A stretch of 64,000 nucleotides of DNA from Flavobacteriales bacterium (GCA_016787995.1 JAEUTB010000117.1:5031-69030), one strand, 5' to 3'. Shown: positions 37,348-47,739, numbered from the stretch's first letter. A program made the numbers and translations. Notes: generated by a model from the letters alone, not told the origin.

Positions 37348-40300
37348 TGGGTCGGGTATCACATAGGATCCCGAGGCTTCTCCTTGTGAGCGGGATGTTC
37401 TTTGGTGAAGCTGCGCTCAAGGCTCAGTTGATCATCAATACTACCCAAGTACCCACCACCCTTGTGCAGAACGTTCTGCTCGGTGCAGGTGTGTTCGCAA
37501 GCAATGTCACCTTCAACGGAGCACCTGGCGTGAACTTCCCGACCGATATCGATCGTCGTATCGCGCGTTTCAATGGCACGAATTGTAATGTAGGACTTCC
37601 AGGAGGCGTGGTGCTCCACTCCGGTGATGTGAGTTATGTGCCTGGCCCGAACGATGAGGAAGTGGTCGGTGCAGGTGGGATCCCTTTCAATGGTTCCCCC
37701 GATGCCGACCTTGCACAGATCGCGCAGTACATCAATTGGCAGCTTGGTACTGGAGCCGGTGTTTACAACAAATCGGTCCTCGAATTCGACTTCATTCCGC
37801 TGTATGATATGGTGCGCTTCCGATACGTATTCTCTTCGGAGGAGTATGAGCGTTGGACTTGTTTGGAGTACAACGACGCATTCGGTTTCTTTCTAAGTGG
37901 CCCAGGGATCAATGGACCTTTCAACAACGATGCTATCAACTTGGCGCTTGTTCCAGGAACGACGACCCCAGTCGGTGTGAATACGGTGAACAGCGGCATG
38001 GTGCCGAACAACGCCAACTACGGGGATGCGTTGAATCCTTTCGGTGGTTGTTTCAATGTGGATCCTAACTGGTTCCAGAACACGGAGTATTACATCTACA
38101 ACGGAGGGGTCGTAGGGGGAATGCTCGGGGGGCCGCAAACGGAGGAACCCTATTGTTGTGATCCGTACTACATCCAGCACAACGGACTAACCGTCGTCCT
38201 AGAGGCTACTGCAGCGGTCCAGTGTGGCCAGCAATACCACATCAAGATGGCGCTTGCTGATATCGGTGATTTCCGCGTGCCCTCCGCCGTGTACATCGAG
38301 CAAGGTTCGTTCTCGAGCACTGATCGCTTCAGTATGGATGTCGCGCCTGGACCGAACGTCGAATTCGCTGCGGACGATACGACCTTCATCGAGAACGACT
38401 GTGACAGCGTCTACCTCCGGTTCCATCGCTGGGGTGGGTTCTACCTCGACGAGGACCTGCAGATCACCGTGGGAGGAACAAGCACCCCCGGAGTGGACTA
38501 TGCGCCAACACTACCCACACTGGTGCACTTCAACCAGTTCGATTCTACAGTAGTGGTGCCCATCGCGGTACCTGTGGATGGTGATGGGGTGGAGGACTTG
38601 ATCATCACGATCGTTACGTGTGATGGGTTGAAGCTTCAGACCTACACCTACCAGATCGACCAGCGGCCACCGATCACCGTGGAGCTGGACGATGTGGAGC
38701 TGACTTGTCCGGCAACCGTGACCCTGACGCCGGACGTAAGCGGGGGAGGCGAGGACGCTTCGGCATACACCTACCTGTGGAACACCGGCGAGACCACCCC
38801 ATCCATCACGGTGGCGGTGGAGGAGAGCACGCAGTTCTGGGTCACCGTGGATGATTGCTGGAGTGAGCCTGTCACCGATAGTGCTTGGGTGATGGTCCCC
38901 GAATACGAACCACTCACGATCACACTGACCCCGGACACGGCCATCGCCTGTTTGAGCACCGCAGAATTGGAAGTGGTAGCGAGTGAGGGTGCTGGTGACT
39001 ATACGTATGAATGGACCTTGAATGACGTCGTTGAAGGCACCGAAGCTCAGCTCGAAGTCCCGTCAGCCGCGCCACCTGTGTTTTATATAGTGACCGTCAC
39101 CGACCTGTGCGGCGAGGTGATAACGGATTCCGTACTCGTTTCGCAAGCGCCACCTGTTCCACTGTCGATCACACTCACACCGGATACGGCCATCCCATGT
39201 CTGGGTGCGGCGGATCTAGAAGTCGAAGTGGAGGGTGGCGGTGGCGTTATCACGATCCTCTGGCGGGAAGGAACAACGGTGGTCGGGAATGAGGATGTAC
39301 TCACGGTTCCGGCTTCCGTACTCACAGTTTACACTGTCGAAGTCTCCGACCAGTGTGGGCAAACGGTAACCGATGAGGTGGAAGTGACCACCGCACCGCC
39401 TGTACCCCTTTCGATCATCTTGACACCGGATACGGCCATCCCTTGTCTTGCGAACGCTGATCTTGAGGTGCAAGTGGAAGGAGGGGGCGGTACGATCGAC
39501 ATCCTTTGGCGACAAGGCAGCACGGTGGTCGGGACCGGAACTATCCTGAACGTGCCCGCTTCGGCATTCACGGTGTACGAAGTGGAGGTCTCCGATGAAT
39601 GTGGCCAGTTCGTGACCGGACAGGTGGAGGTGACCACCGGGCCTACGCCTCCACTGAGCATGGTCGCCGAAGGGGACACCGTGCTCTGCGCTGGCGAACC
39701 GATGATCCTGCAGGTGCTGACGGTGACCGGCGGCGGTGGGGACTACACGTATCGGTGGTCGCCTTCCGGAACAGGTTCTGGGGATGCGCCTACCCATGAG
39801 GTGGTGGTGAATGACGATGCCTTCTTCGGGGTCACCGTAACGGACGAGTGTGGCAATAGTGTCGACACCGTGTTGGCCGCTGTGGTCCTGGATCACCCAC
39901 CCTTGCTCATCTCGGTGTCCAACGATACCATCGTTTGTCCCGGTGAACAGGTCCCCTTATGGGTGTCAGTGACCGGCGGTGCGGGCACCTCCTCGATCGA
40001 TTGGCCCGGCATCGGATCCGGTGGAGCTGTGGTGTGGACAGCGAACAACGGTGGTATCGCAGCGGTGGTGAACGTTACGGATGAATGTGGTGAGACCGTG
40101 AGCGCCAGCGTGGCGGTGGATGTGCACCCGGCTGAAGCGTGGATCGACGCTACCGAACTCGGCGACAGTCAGTGGCGCTTCCAGGCCAACACGGAACCTA
40201 CCAATGGTGTGGATCTGGAATGGGATCTTGGCGATGGTACATTGATCGAAGATCAGTTCATCGTCACGCACACTTACACCGATACGGAAGCGCATTGGGT

Positions 40301-40640
40301 CTACCTCTACATGGTGACACCCGAAGGATGCACGGCGGTGGATAGTGTGCAGACACGGCCGCCTTCCGCCTCGTTCTATTTCCCCAATGCGTTCAGTCCG
40401 AACGACGATGGCGTGAATGAGAGTTTCGGTGGTGAAGGCGTCCTCCTTGACCGCTACGAGCTGTACGTCTTCGACCGCTGGGGTGGCATCATCTTCGAAA
40501 GCGCGGACCAGGCCGTGCGTTGGGATGGGACCATGGATGGTGAACCCGTGATGAACGGAGTATACCAGTACAAATACCTGGTCAAGGGTGAAAAATTGCC
40601 GCTGAAGCTGGGCTTCGGCCATGTGGTCCTGTTGCGATGA
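37344..40640 (+). CDS. choice-of-anchor-L domain protein with six tandem Ig-like repeats and a T9SS type-B C-terminal domain
   Basis: N-domain LVQNVLLGAGVFASNVTFNGAP...FDFIPLYDMVRFRYVFSSEEYERWTCLEYNDAFGFFLSGPGINGP is the choice-of-anchor-L signature. C-terminal FPNAFSPNDDGVNESF...YVFDRWGGIIFE...GVYQYKYLV...GHVVLLR. The ATG overlaps the upstream stop (ATGA). Confidence 0.88.
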   Translation: MMGRVSHRIPRLLLVSGMFFGEAALKAQLIINTTQVPTTLVQNVLLGAGVFASNVTFNGAPGVNFPTDIDRRIARFNGTNCNVGLPGGVVLHSGDVSYVPGPNDEEVVGAGGIPFNGSPDADLAQIAQYINWQLGTGAGVYNKSVLEFDFIPLYDMVRFRYVFSSEEYERWTCLEYNDAFGFFLSGPGINGPFNNDAINLALVPGTTTPVGVNTVNSGMVPNNANYGDALNPFGGCFNVDPNWFQNTEYYIYNGGVVGGMLGGPQTEEPYCCDPYYIQHNGLTVVLEATAAVQCGQQYHIKMALADIGDFRVPSAVYIEQGSFSSTDRFSMDVAPGPNVEFAADDTTFIENDCDSVYLRFHRWGGFYLDEDLQITVGGTSTPGVDYAPTLPTLVHFNQFDSTVVVPIAVPVDGDGVEDLIITIVTCDGLKLQTYTYQIDQRPPITVELDDVELTCPATVTLTPDVSGGGEDASAYTYLWNTGETTPSITVAVEESTQFWVTVDDCWSEPVTDSAWVMVPEYEPLTITLTPDTAIACLSTAELEVVASEGAGDYTYEWTLNDVVEGTEAQLEVPSAAPPVFYIVTVTDLCGEVITDSVLVSQAPPVPLSITLTPDTAIPCLGAADLEVEVEGGGGVITILWREGTTVVGNEDVLTVPASVLTVYTVEVSDQCGQTVTDEVEVTTAPPVPLSIILTPDTAIPCLANADLEVQVEGGGGTIDILWRQGSTVVGTGTILNVPASAFTVYEVEVSDECGQFVTGQVEVTTGPTPPLSMVAEGDTVLCAGEPMILQVLTVTGGGGDYTYRWSPSGTGSGDAPTHEVVVNDDAFFGVTVTDECGNSVDTVLAAVVLDHPPLLISVSNDTIVCPGEQVPLWVSVTGGAGTSSIDWPGIGSGGAVVWTANNGGIAAVVNVTDECGETVSASVAVDVHPAEAWIDATELGDSQWRFQANTEPTNGVDLEWDLGDGTLIEDQFIVTHTYTDTEAHWVYLYMVTPEGCTAVDSVQTRPPSASFYFPNAFSPNDDGVNESFGGEGVLLDRYELYVFDRWGGIIFESADQAVRWDGTMDGEPVMNGVYQYKYLVKGEKLPLKLGFGHVVLLR
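38667..40130 (+). repeat. six tandem ~81-aa in-frame repeats
   Basis: Units begin P(P/L)(I/L/S)(I/T)... and share ...C(P/L)...L.V.V.GG.G...Y.W.........V.....F..V.V.D.CG..V.D.V.V. Units 3 and 4 (PLSITLTPDTAIPCLGAADLEVEVEGGGG / PLSIILTPDTAIPCLANADLEVQVEGGGG) are the most alike. Confidence 0.8.
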
Positions 40641-42271
40641 GCCACCGGGTCTACATAGCCTTCAGTACCGTGTGGATCGGGATCTCCGTAGGCCTCCTTG
40701 GTCCGCTTCAGGTCGCCAAGGCACAGGAGCCGGTGCTTGCTCCGGAGGAATTCGATGCCGTCGCCGTGGCCCTTGATGATGCAGCACGAGCACAACGCGG
40801 TGAGCTCCCGTTCTATGGGCGCTTGTTGGAGCTGAACGCACGCACGAGTGAACGTGGCGCATGGGCGGTAGAGGGGGAACATCGTGTGTGGCGGGCAGCC
40901 ATCATTTCTTCAGGTGCGCGGGCCATCGAATTGTTCTATGACGAGATGGTCATGCCGAACGGAGCCGAGCTTTTCGTGCGCGATGCCTTGGGCGAAGAGG
41001 AGTTCGGTCCCTTTACTGCTGCTGACGTGTTCGAAAGCACCTTCTCCACGCCGCTGATCACCGGAGAGCGTTGCAGTGTGGAGTATAGGGTACCTCTTTC
41101 GACCGAGGATCCGGGAGGCTTCCGCATCACGCATGTCGGCCATGCCTACCGCGATGTTCTTGATGGATCGTGCAACATCGATGTGGTCTGTTCCCCAGAG
41201 GGTGACGATTGGGTGTCCGCTGCTGCCGGTGTGGTGCGGATCAGCATCGTTGCTGGTGGTGGCGTTGGATGGTGCAGTGGAGCGTTGGTCAACAATGTGC
41301 GGCAGGACTGCTCGCCGTTCATCCTGTCCGCATGGCACTGCGGTGCAGGCTCCACTGCGACTCAGATGAACGCGTTCAAGTTCTATTTCGGCTATCAACG
41401 GCCCAACTGTGGATCAGGGGCAGCACCATCGAACATGTTCCTCACCGGTGCACAGCTCAGGGCTTTCAGCAACGACAATGCTGGTAATGCCGGATCCGAC
41501 TTCATGCTGCTGGAAACCAATGGGGCTATTCCTGATCATTTCCCCCACTACTACCTCGGCTGGGATGCGGCTTCACAATCCACCAGCGCGGCCGATGGGG
41601 TTTGTGTCCATCACCCCACTGGGTCGCCGAAACGGATCAGTTCCTACACCCAAACGCTGACCACTGGCCATTGGGCACCGTCCACTGGGCTGCAATCCCA
41701 TTGGCGGGTGAACTGGGTGGAGACCGTGAATGGTCATGGGGTCACCGAATCGGGTTCCAGCGGCGCTCCACTGCTGCGGCGCACAAATGCCGGCGAACCA
41801 CAGGTGATCGGGACCTTATCCGGCAGCACTGGTCAACTCTCGTGTGCATCGCTGGGAGGCACGAGCTATTTCGGTAAGCTCAGCTATCACTGGTCGCAGA
41901 ACCCGAACACTGCGGTTCTGAAGTTGCGCAACTGGCTCGATCCGGACGGCACCGGCACACTTCAGCTCGATGGCGGCATTTCGCCCTGCACCACCGTGGC
42001 ATCCATCATGGAAGCAAGCACGGATGAACCATTGGACATCCGCTATGATGCGTCAAATCGGTGTGTATGGATCGGCCTTCACGGGCTGGTCGGTCCTCCA
42101 TCCATCCGGATCATTGATGCCTCAGGTAGGGTGGTGTCCGGTCCTGTGTTGCGGTCCACCTCTCAGGATGGCATCACCCTGGATGTAGGCTACCTTGCGA
42201 CCGGAGTTCACGCAGTGATCCTCCGGTCGGCCAACTCTCACACGTTCGGTCGTTTCGTCGTCTCTCCGTAG
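40637..42271 (+). CDS. S1-family serine endopeptidase (lysyl-endopeptidase/Lys-C-like) with a T9SS type-A sorting domain
   Basis: His region WCSGALVNN...FILSAWHCG, Asp region GSDFMLLE, and Ser region GVTESGSSGAPLL. N-terminal signal plus propeptide. C-terminal IRIIDASGRVV...GVHAVILRS...GRFVVSP. The ATG overlaps the upstream stop (ATGA). Confidence 0.8.
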   Translation: MSHRVYIAFSTVWIGISVGLLGPLQVAKAQEPVLAPEEFDAVAVALDDAARAQRGELPFYGRLLELNARTSERGAWAVEGEHRVWRAAIISSGARAIELFYDEMVMPNGAELFVRDALGEEEFGPFTAADVFESTFSTPLITGERCSVEYRVPLSTEDPGGFRITHVGHAYRDVLDGSCNIDVVCSPEGDDWVSAAAGVVRISIVAGGGVGWCSGALVNNVRQDCSPFILSAWHCGAGSTATQMNAFKFYFGYQRPNCGSGAAPSNMFLTGAQLRAFSNDNAGNAGSDFMLLETNGAIPDHFPHYYLGWDAASQSTSAADGVCVHHPTGSPKRISSYTQTLTTGHWAPSTGLQSHWRVNWVETVNGHGVTESGSSGAPLLRRTNAGEPQVIGTLSGSTGQLSCASLGGTSYFGKLSYHWSQNPNTAVLKLRNWLDPDGTGTLQLDGGISPCTTVASIMEASTDEPLDIRYDASNRCVWIGLHGLVGPPSIRIIDASGRVVSGPVLRSTSQDGITLDVGYLATGVHAVILRSANSHTFGRFVVSP

Positions 42272-42305
42272 TTCTTCATGCTCTCAACACGTTCCATCAT
42301 CTCTC

Positions 42306-45011
42306 ATGGCACATTCCTACGGGTCGTTGCTTGGCCGTGCGGCTAGGCTTTTGGTCGTTGCTCCTGTGGTCCTGTCCGGCGTAGCCCGTGCTCAGGTCAG
42401 CGCATACACGTTCTCGCAGACCGTTGGCACGTACACCGAGATCACCGCCGCTGATGGTGGTTTCGTATTGGGTACGCCGTTGTTCTTTCCGCCGCTGCAT
42501 AACCTTCGGGCTTACGTGGATCCGGATGAACCGGACGGTACGCTGACCAATGCCGGATACCTTGACCCTGCGATCGGACCTGGTTATCCGATCGGCTTCG
42601 ACTTCGTGTACAACGGCGAGGTGTTCGATCGTATCGGCATCGCCCACGGTGGGTGGATCAGCTTCGGGAAGTCGGAGAACGGGGACGAGGCCGTGAACAT
42701 CTTCACGAGTGACCATCCGGGTGGCAGGCCTCTTTCGCACTCCTACTACAATACGCCGATAGAACCGCATAAGCGCAACCGCATCGCCGGCATGGCGAAC
42801 GCCTCGTTGCGGCAGCAGGATCAAAGCCAAGTAGGTGGACCCACATCGGAATTCAGGATCGCCACGGTGGGTGTCGCACCTAACCGTGTTTGTGTGGTGC
42901 AGTGGAAGGATTTCCGCTACAACTACAGCTTCGATGAAGGGTTGATCAACTTCCAGATCCGCTTGAACGAGGTGGATAACAGCGTGGACGTACGTTTCGG
43001 GGAGATGAACTGGCCAGCGACCACCGGCGGTGCGTACCAGGTGGGCCTCGGTGGACGGACCAACGAAGACTACAACAACCGGTGGACCCCTGCGAACGAA
43101 CCCGCCTTCTTGTATGATTGGAACACCACGGTTCCTGGTTTCAACAACGAGAGTTCGTGCCAGTTGGCCACGGACAGTCCGTTCAACGAGGCGTACACCG
43201 CAACACCGCCCGTCGAAGGATTGAATTTCCACTGGGCACCTCCTGCCTGCCCACCTCCGGCGTGGCCCGTCGAGATCAGCGAGATCCTCTTCGATCGTGC
43301 ACTCGTGCAATGGAGCTTCCCGCCGACAGCATCGTCCTTTGACTATGTGGTGACCATGGCCAACGATCCCGAGGATCCTGATGCGATCGTTACTGGTACC
43401 ACCGAGGAGATCTCCATACTTGTGGAAGGCCTGCAGCCCTTGACCTACTATTATGTGTTCGTGCGTTCTGATTGCGGCGGAACCCCTGGTCCGTGGAGCA
43501 CTGGTACGCGGTTCCGGACCAATGGAGGGGCGGTGCTTCAATGTGGCGCGGATGCCATCCAGGAATACCATTGCACCAGCCAGAACAGCACGGTGCAATG
43601 GTTCTACTCCACCAGCGATGCCTCGTCGCCCGTGCGGATCAGTTTCCTACAAGGTTACGTGGGCATGGCCGATGGAGAATACTTGAGGATCCATGACGGG
43701 CCGGATGCCGATGCTCCGGTCGTCTTCACCGCAGGATCAGGAGCGGAACTGCAGGATCAAGTGGTCACCAGCACCGGAGGTACCTTGTACATGGAACGGT
43801 TCAATGGTGTCGGTAGCTGCGAGTCGCAACCCTGGTATACGCCATGGATCTGGACCGTCGGTTGCAAGGATTGCAGTGAGGCACTGGCTTCATTCGCCAT
43901 CGTCGACGAGGATTGTGAGACATTGACCTACGCCATGGAGGTGACCTTGGTGTCCATGGGTACGGCAGAGGAGATCGTGATCTCGAATTCGCAGAACGAA
44001 GAGGTGGAATCCGTTTCGGCGCCGGGCACCTATGTGGTGGGGCCGTTCATTTCCGGTGATCCGGTCACGCTCACCTTGGAGAACCCGGCGAACGCACTCT
44101 GCAATGTCGAAAGCATCTCGTTCATGCCTCAGCCTTGTGCCATCGTGGATTGTGGACCGACGGAGTATGAATACTGCCATGAACAAGGAGATCTACGTCA
44201 ATGGTTGTTCCAAGGAGAGGATGAGGCCATCGGTATCCGATTCTTCTCCGGTGATGGTGGCTTCTATGTGGATGCGGCCACCTACGACGCGGTCGATCCC
44301 TTCAGTGTAGCTGGCGTTGACATCCCAGGCACCACTCTATTGAACCTGCTTCGTACCAGCACCAATAACGACGACGCACTATTGCTGGAGATCAATGTGG
44401 ATGCGAATGCAGCTCCTACTTGTGCTGATGGTGGAGCCGATCCATGGAACTTCGTGGTGGCCTGCTATGATGGTTGCACCCAGCCGGAAGCCGACTTCAC
44501 CACGATCCACGATTGCGACAATGATGAATTCAGCATTCAAGTGGAACTGACGGTCCTCGGCTCCGGCGGTGCGGTCGTGATCAGTAACGATGCCGGGGCA
44601 CCGTCTGTGAGTGCCACTGCGCTGGGTACCTACACCGTTGGCCCATTCGCATCCCAAGAGGTCGTACGCGTAGAGGTGGAAGGAGCCAGTGTGCTGTGCT
44701 CATGGACATCGCCGAACCTCACCTTCGATTGTACCGGGGTCGGTATGGATGAGCTCACCACGGGTGAACTGACGGTTTATCCCAATCCGACCAGCGGTGA
44801 TGTCCGCATCCGTTGCCCAAAGGACATGAGCGGACCGGCGTTGCTCCGGATCATGGATGTGACCGGTCGGTCGATATCCACGGAAGCGATCGATATGGTG
44901 TCCACAGCGGATCGTATCGTGAACCTGTCGACGCTGCCAAATGGCTCCTACATCATCGAACTCGCCAATGATCAAGTCCGGCGCTCCACACGCATCAACC
45001 TGGTCCACTGA
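42306..45011 (+). CDS. T9SS type-A cargo, paralog 1 of a multidomain family (NIDO-like head + Fn3-like + two CUB-like modules separated by Ig-like modules)
   Basis: Signal ...VVLSGVARAQ. Head VSAYTFSQTVGTYTEITAADGG...GYPIGFDFVYNGEVFDRIGIAHGGWISFG...APNRVCVVQWKDF...INFQIRLNEVDNSVDVRFG. Fn3-like TYYYVFVRSDCGGTPGPWSTGTRFRT. YLRIHDGPDADAPVVF module. C-terminal LTVYPNPTSGDVRIR...GSYIIELAND...RINLVH. Confidence 0.85.
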   Translation: MAHSYGSLLGRAARLLVVAPVVLSGVARAQVSAYTFSQTVGTYTEITAADGGFVLGTPLFFPPLHNLRAYVDPDEPDGTLTNAGYLDPAIGPGYPIGFDFVYNGEVFDRIGIAHGGWISFGKSENGDEAVNIFTSDHPGGRPLSHSYYNTPIEPHKRNRIAGMANASLRQQDQSQVGGPTSEFRIATVGVAPNRVCVVQWKDFRYNYSFDEGLINFQIRLNEVDNSVDVRFGEMNWPATTGGAYQVGLGGRTNEDYNNRWTPANEPAFLYDWNTTVPGFNNESSCQLATDSPFNEAYTATPPVEGLNFHWAPPACPPPAWPVEISEILFDRALVQWSFPPTASSFDYVVTMANDPEDPDAIVTGTTEEISILVEGLQPLTYYYVFVRSDCGGTPGPWSTGTRFRTNGGAVLQCGADAIQEYHCTSQNSTVQWFYSTSDASSPVRISFLQGYVGMADGEYLRIHDGPDADAPVVFTAGSGAELQDQVVTSTGGTLYMERFNGVGSCESQPWYTPWIWTVGCKDCSEALASFAIVDEDCETLTYAMEVTLVSMGTAEEIVISNSQNEEVESVSAPGTYVVGPFISGDPVTLTLENPANALCNVESISFMPQPCAIVDCGPTEYEYCHEQGDLRQWLFQGEDEAIGIRFFSGDGGFYVDAATYDAVDPFSVAGVDIPGTTLLNLLRTSTNNDDALLLEINVDANAAPTCADGGADPWNFVVACYDGCTQPEADFTTIHDCDNDEFSIQVELTVLGSGGAVVISNDAGAPSVSATALGTYTVGPFASQEVVRVEVEGASVLCSWTSPNLTFDCTGVGMDELTTGELTVYPNPTSGDVRIRCPKDMSGPALLRIMDVTGRSISTEAIDMVSTADRIVNLSTLPNGSYIIELANDQVRRSTRINLVH

Positions 45012-45036
45012 CCTTGAAAAGACATTCCTATCGAAC

Positions 45037-47706
45037 ATGAAACAGACCCTACTCAGCAGCCTTCTTGTGGCGCCCGTGCTTCTGGTCTCGGTGCACGCCT
45101 CCGCACAGGTCAGCCAGTACACGTTCTCACAATCGATACAGCCGTACACCGAGATATCCGCTGCAGATGGTGGGTATGTGCTGGGCACCCCCACCTTCGA
45201 TCCCCCGCTGCACAATCTGCGTGCCTACGTTGATCCCGATCAGCCGGATGGAACGCTCACCAATGCTGGCTATCTGGCCCCTGCCATCGGCCCGGGTTAT
45301 CCGATCGGGTTCGACTTCACCTACAACGGTGAGTCCTTCGATCGGATCGGTATCGCTCACGGCGGATGGATCAGCTTCGGTCGATCCGAAGACGGGAACA
45401 CCGCGGTCAACATCTTCACGAGCGATCACCAAGCGGGCCGGCCGCTTTCCCACTCCTACTATGCTACGCCGATCGAACCACATAAGCGGAACAGGATCGC
45501 TGGCATGGCGAATTCGCAGCTTCGGCAGCATGATCGGAGCATCGTGGGAGGCCCGGTCTCCGAGTTCAGGGTCGCCACGATCGGCACAGCCCCGAACCGT
45601 GTGTGCGTGATCCAATGGAAGGATTTCAGCTACGCCTACAGCTATGATGGGGGTTCGATCAGCTTCCAGATCCGGTTGAATGAATCGGATAATAGCGTGG
45701 ACGTTCGGTTCGGCGCCATGACCTGGTTGCAGCTCAGTGGTGGTCAATACCAGATCGGACTGGGAGGACGTACGAACGAGGATTACAACAATAGGATGAC
45801 GCCCGCCGAGCAACCGGCTTTCCTGTACGACTGGGATCAGACCGTACAGGGGACGGATAGTGCCAGCTCCTGCATTCTCGCTTACGATAGTCCGTTCAAC
45901 GAAGCGTATTCCGCCGACGTGCCGACCGTTGGCCTGAACTTCCATTGGGCAGCACCTGTTTGCCCTCCACCAGCCTGGCCGGTGACCGTTAGCGAGATCA
46001 CTTATGCTCAAGCGCTGGTGACCTGGAGCCTGCCATCCGGTGCGGAGTCCTTCGACTATGTGGTGGCTACCATCGATGACCCCAACGATCCCGATGCCAT
46101 ACAATCCGGCAACTTGGAGGATGTTTCCGTCCTGGTGGAAGGCTTGAGCCCGTTGACGTATTACTATGTCTTCGTGCGATCGGTCTGTAATGGACAGCCA
46201 GGCCCGTGGAGTGCCGGCACTCGTTTCCGGAGCCAAGGCGGGGGTGTATTGGTCTGCGGCGATGAAGCCATCACCGAGGAATACTGCTACGGTACAGGCG
46301 ACTACATCGTTTGGACCTACTCCACCTCGGACGGTACGTCACCCGTTCGGCTGAACATGCTTGCGGGCTCCATCGTGAGCCCGAACACTCTTGAAGTGTT
46401 CTATGGACCTGATACCACAGGAACCCCATTCTGGTCGTCGGCGAGCGGAGGAGCCATACCCGGCCAAGTGTTCACTTCGAGCGGAGCGTATCTGACCGTT
46501 TATCTGTCCGCGCCGAGCAACGGTAGCTGCCAGGTACAAGAATTCGTGGAGCCCTTCGAGTGGACCGTAGGTTGCCTGGACTGCACTGCGCCGCTTGCCG
46601 CATTCGCGATCGGCGATGTGGATTGCTCAGCCCTGGAGTATGAGATGACCGTGACGTTGGTGAGCATGGGCTCCGCGGAGGAACTCATCATCACCAATGA
46701 CCAGGAAGTGGCACCAACGACGGTCACTACCACCGGTACTTTCACCGTGGGTCCTTTCACGGCCGGGGTCCCGGTCACCTTGACATTGGTGAACGAGGTC
46801 AACGAGTTGTGCAACTTGGAAAGCGTGGAGTTCGTGAATGAACCTTGCCCGGTAGTGAGCTGTGGGCCGGATGTGTATGAGTACTGCTACGTGCCGAATG
46901 ATGCGTCGCAATGGCTGTACCAAGGCGATGGTGATCCCATCGGTATCCGCTTCATCAGTGGTACCATGGGCCTCAACGCAGAAGCACTGATCTATGACGG
47001 TGATCCGTTCGATGTGGTGCCGTCCACCTATCCCGGTGACTTGGCGAACGTCATGCAGTTCAGCACGAACGCCGAGGATCAACTGTTCCTGGCCATCGAT
47101 GCGCCTGCTTTCTGGAGTTGCGAGGAGGGTTATGCGACCCCGTGGGAGTACGTGGTGGCTTGCTACGATGGATGCACCCAACCCGAAGCCACTTTCGCCA
47201 TCGTCGAGGATTGCGATGTGGATCAGTTCAGCATAGCGGTCACCGTTACGCAGATCGGTTCCACGGGATCCGTGTCCATCACCAATGACGGAGGTGCTGC
47301 CCCAGTTACGGCCACTACGGCAGGAACGTACACCGTTGGCCCGTTCGACTCCCAAGACCAAGTGAAGGTCGATGTGGTCGGAGCGAGCGTGCTCTGCACC
47401 TGGACGTCACCGATGCTCACCTTCGATTGCTCCGAGGTCGGCATCGAAGTGCTGGAAGCGGGGAGGTTGCAAGTGGCACCGAACCCATCCGATGGTCGTG
47501 TGCGAGTGACCATACCAGACACCAACACGCTTGGTTGGGAAGTCGTCGTCCATGATCTGCAAGGCCGAACGGTACGCCAGTTACGAGCGAATGCTGTTGG
47601 GGCCGTGTTGGAGCTGGACTTCGTTGATCTGCCAAGCGGTGCCTACTTCCTCACCGTACTAGAAGCGGACCAGCGGTATACCGGCATGATACAGGTCGTC
47701 CGCTGA
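45037..47706 (+). CDS. T9SS type-A cargo, paralog 2 (about four-fifths identical to paralog 1 over the first ~200 residues by eye)
   Basis: Start set at MKQTLLSSLLVAPVLLVSVHASAQ (ATG 45037, 25 nt after the previous stop). Same domain order as paralog 1. C-terminal LQVAPNPSDGRVRVTIP...GAYFLTVLEAD...MIQVVR. Confidence 0.85.
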   Translation: MKQTLLSSLLVAPVLLVSVHASAQVSQYTFSQSIQPYTEISAADGGYVLGTPTFDPPLHNLRAYVDPDQPDGTLTNAGYLAPAIGPGYPIGFDFTYNGESFDRIGIAHGGWISFGRSEDGNTAVNIFTSDHQAGRPLSHSYYATPIEPHKRNRIAGMANSQLRQHDRSIVGGPVSEFRVATIGTAPNRVCVIQWKDFSYAYSYDGGSISFQIRLNESDNSVDVRFGAMTWLQLSGGQYQIGLGGRTNEDYNNRMTPAEQPAFLYDWDQTVQGTDSASSCILAYDSPFNEAYSADVPTVGLNFHWAAPVCPPPAWPVTVSEITYAQALVTWSLPSGAESFDYVVATIDDPNDPDAIQSGNLEDVSVLVEGLSPLTYYYVFVRSVCNGQPGPWSAGTRFRSQGGGVLVCGDEAITEEYCYGTGDYIVWTYSTSDGTSPVRLNMLAGSIVSPNTLEVFYGPDTTGTPFWSSASGGAIPGQVFTSSGAYLTVYLSAPSNGSCQVQEFVEPFEWTVGCLDCTAPLAAFAIGDVDCSALEYEMTVTLVSMGSAEELIITNDQEVAPTTVTTTGTFTVGPFTAGVPVTLTLVNEVNELCNLESVEFVNEPCPVVSCGPDVYEYCYVPNDASQWLYQGDGDPIGIRFISGTMGLNAEALIYDGDPFDVVPSTYPGDLANVMQFSTNAEDQLFLAIDAPAFWSCEEGYATPWEYVVACYDGCTQPEATFAIVEDCDVDQFSIAVTVTQIGSTGSVSITNDGGAAPVTATTAGTYTVGPFDSQDQVKVDVVGASVLCTWTSPMLTFDCSEVGIEVLEAGRLQVAPNPSDGRVRVTIPDTNTLGWEVVVHDLQGRTVRQLRANAVGAVLELDFVDLPSGAYFLTVLEADQRYTGMIQVVR

Positions 47707-47712
47707 GTCGAT

Positions 47713-47739
47713 CCCGGCGGGTCCTCTCCCTCCGCCGGG
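47713..47739 (+). terminator. intergenic stem-loop between paralogs 2 and 3
   Basis: CCCGGCGG-N11-CCGCCGGG begins 7 nt after the stop. No T-tract follows, so it may be an RNA-processing or stability hairpin rather than a strong terminator. Confidence 0.35.

Noticed and set aside
42297-46236. Long minus-strand ORFs (42297..43598, 45127..46236) opposite paralogs 1 and 2
   Set aside because: Their composition is typical of antisense frames in high-GC coding DNA (R/G/H/V rich). The sense frames carry signal peptides, conserved domains and T9SS tails.
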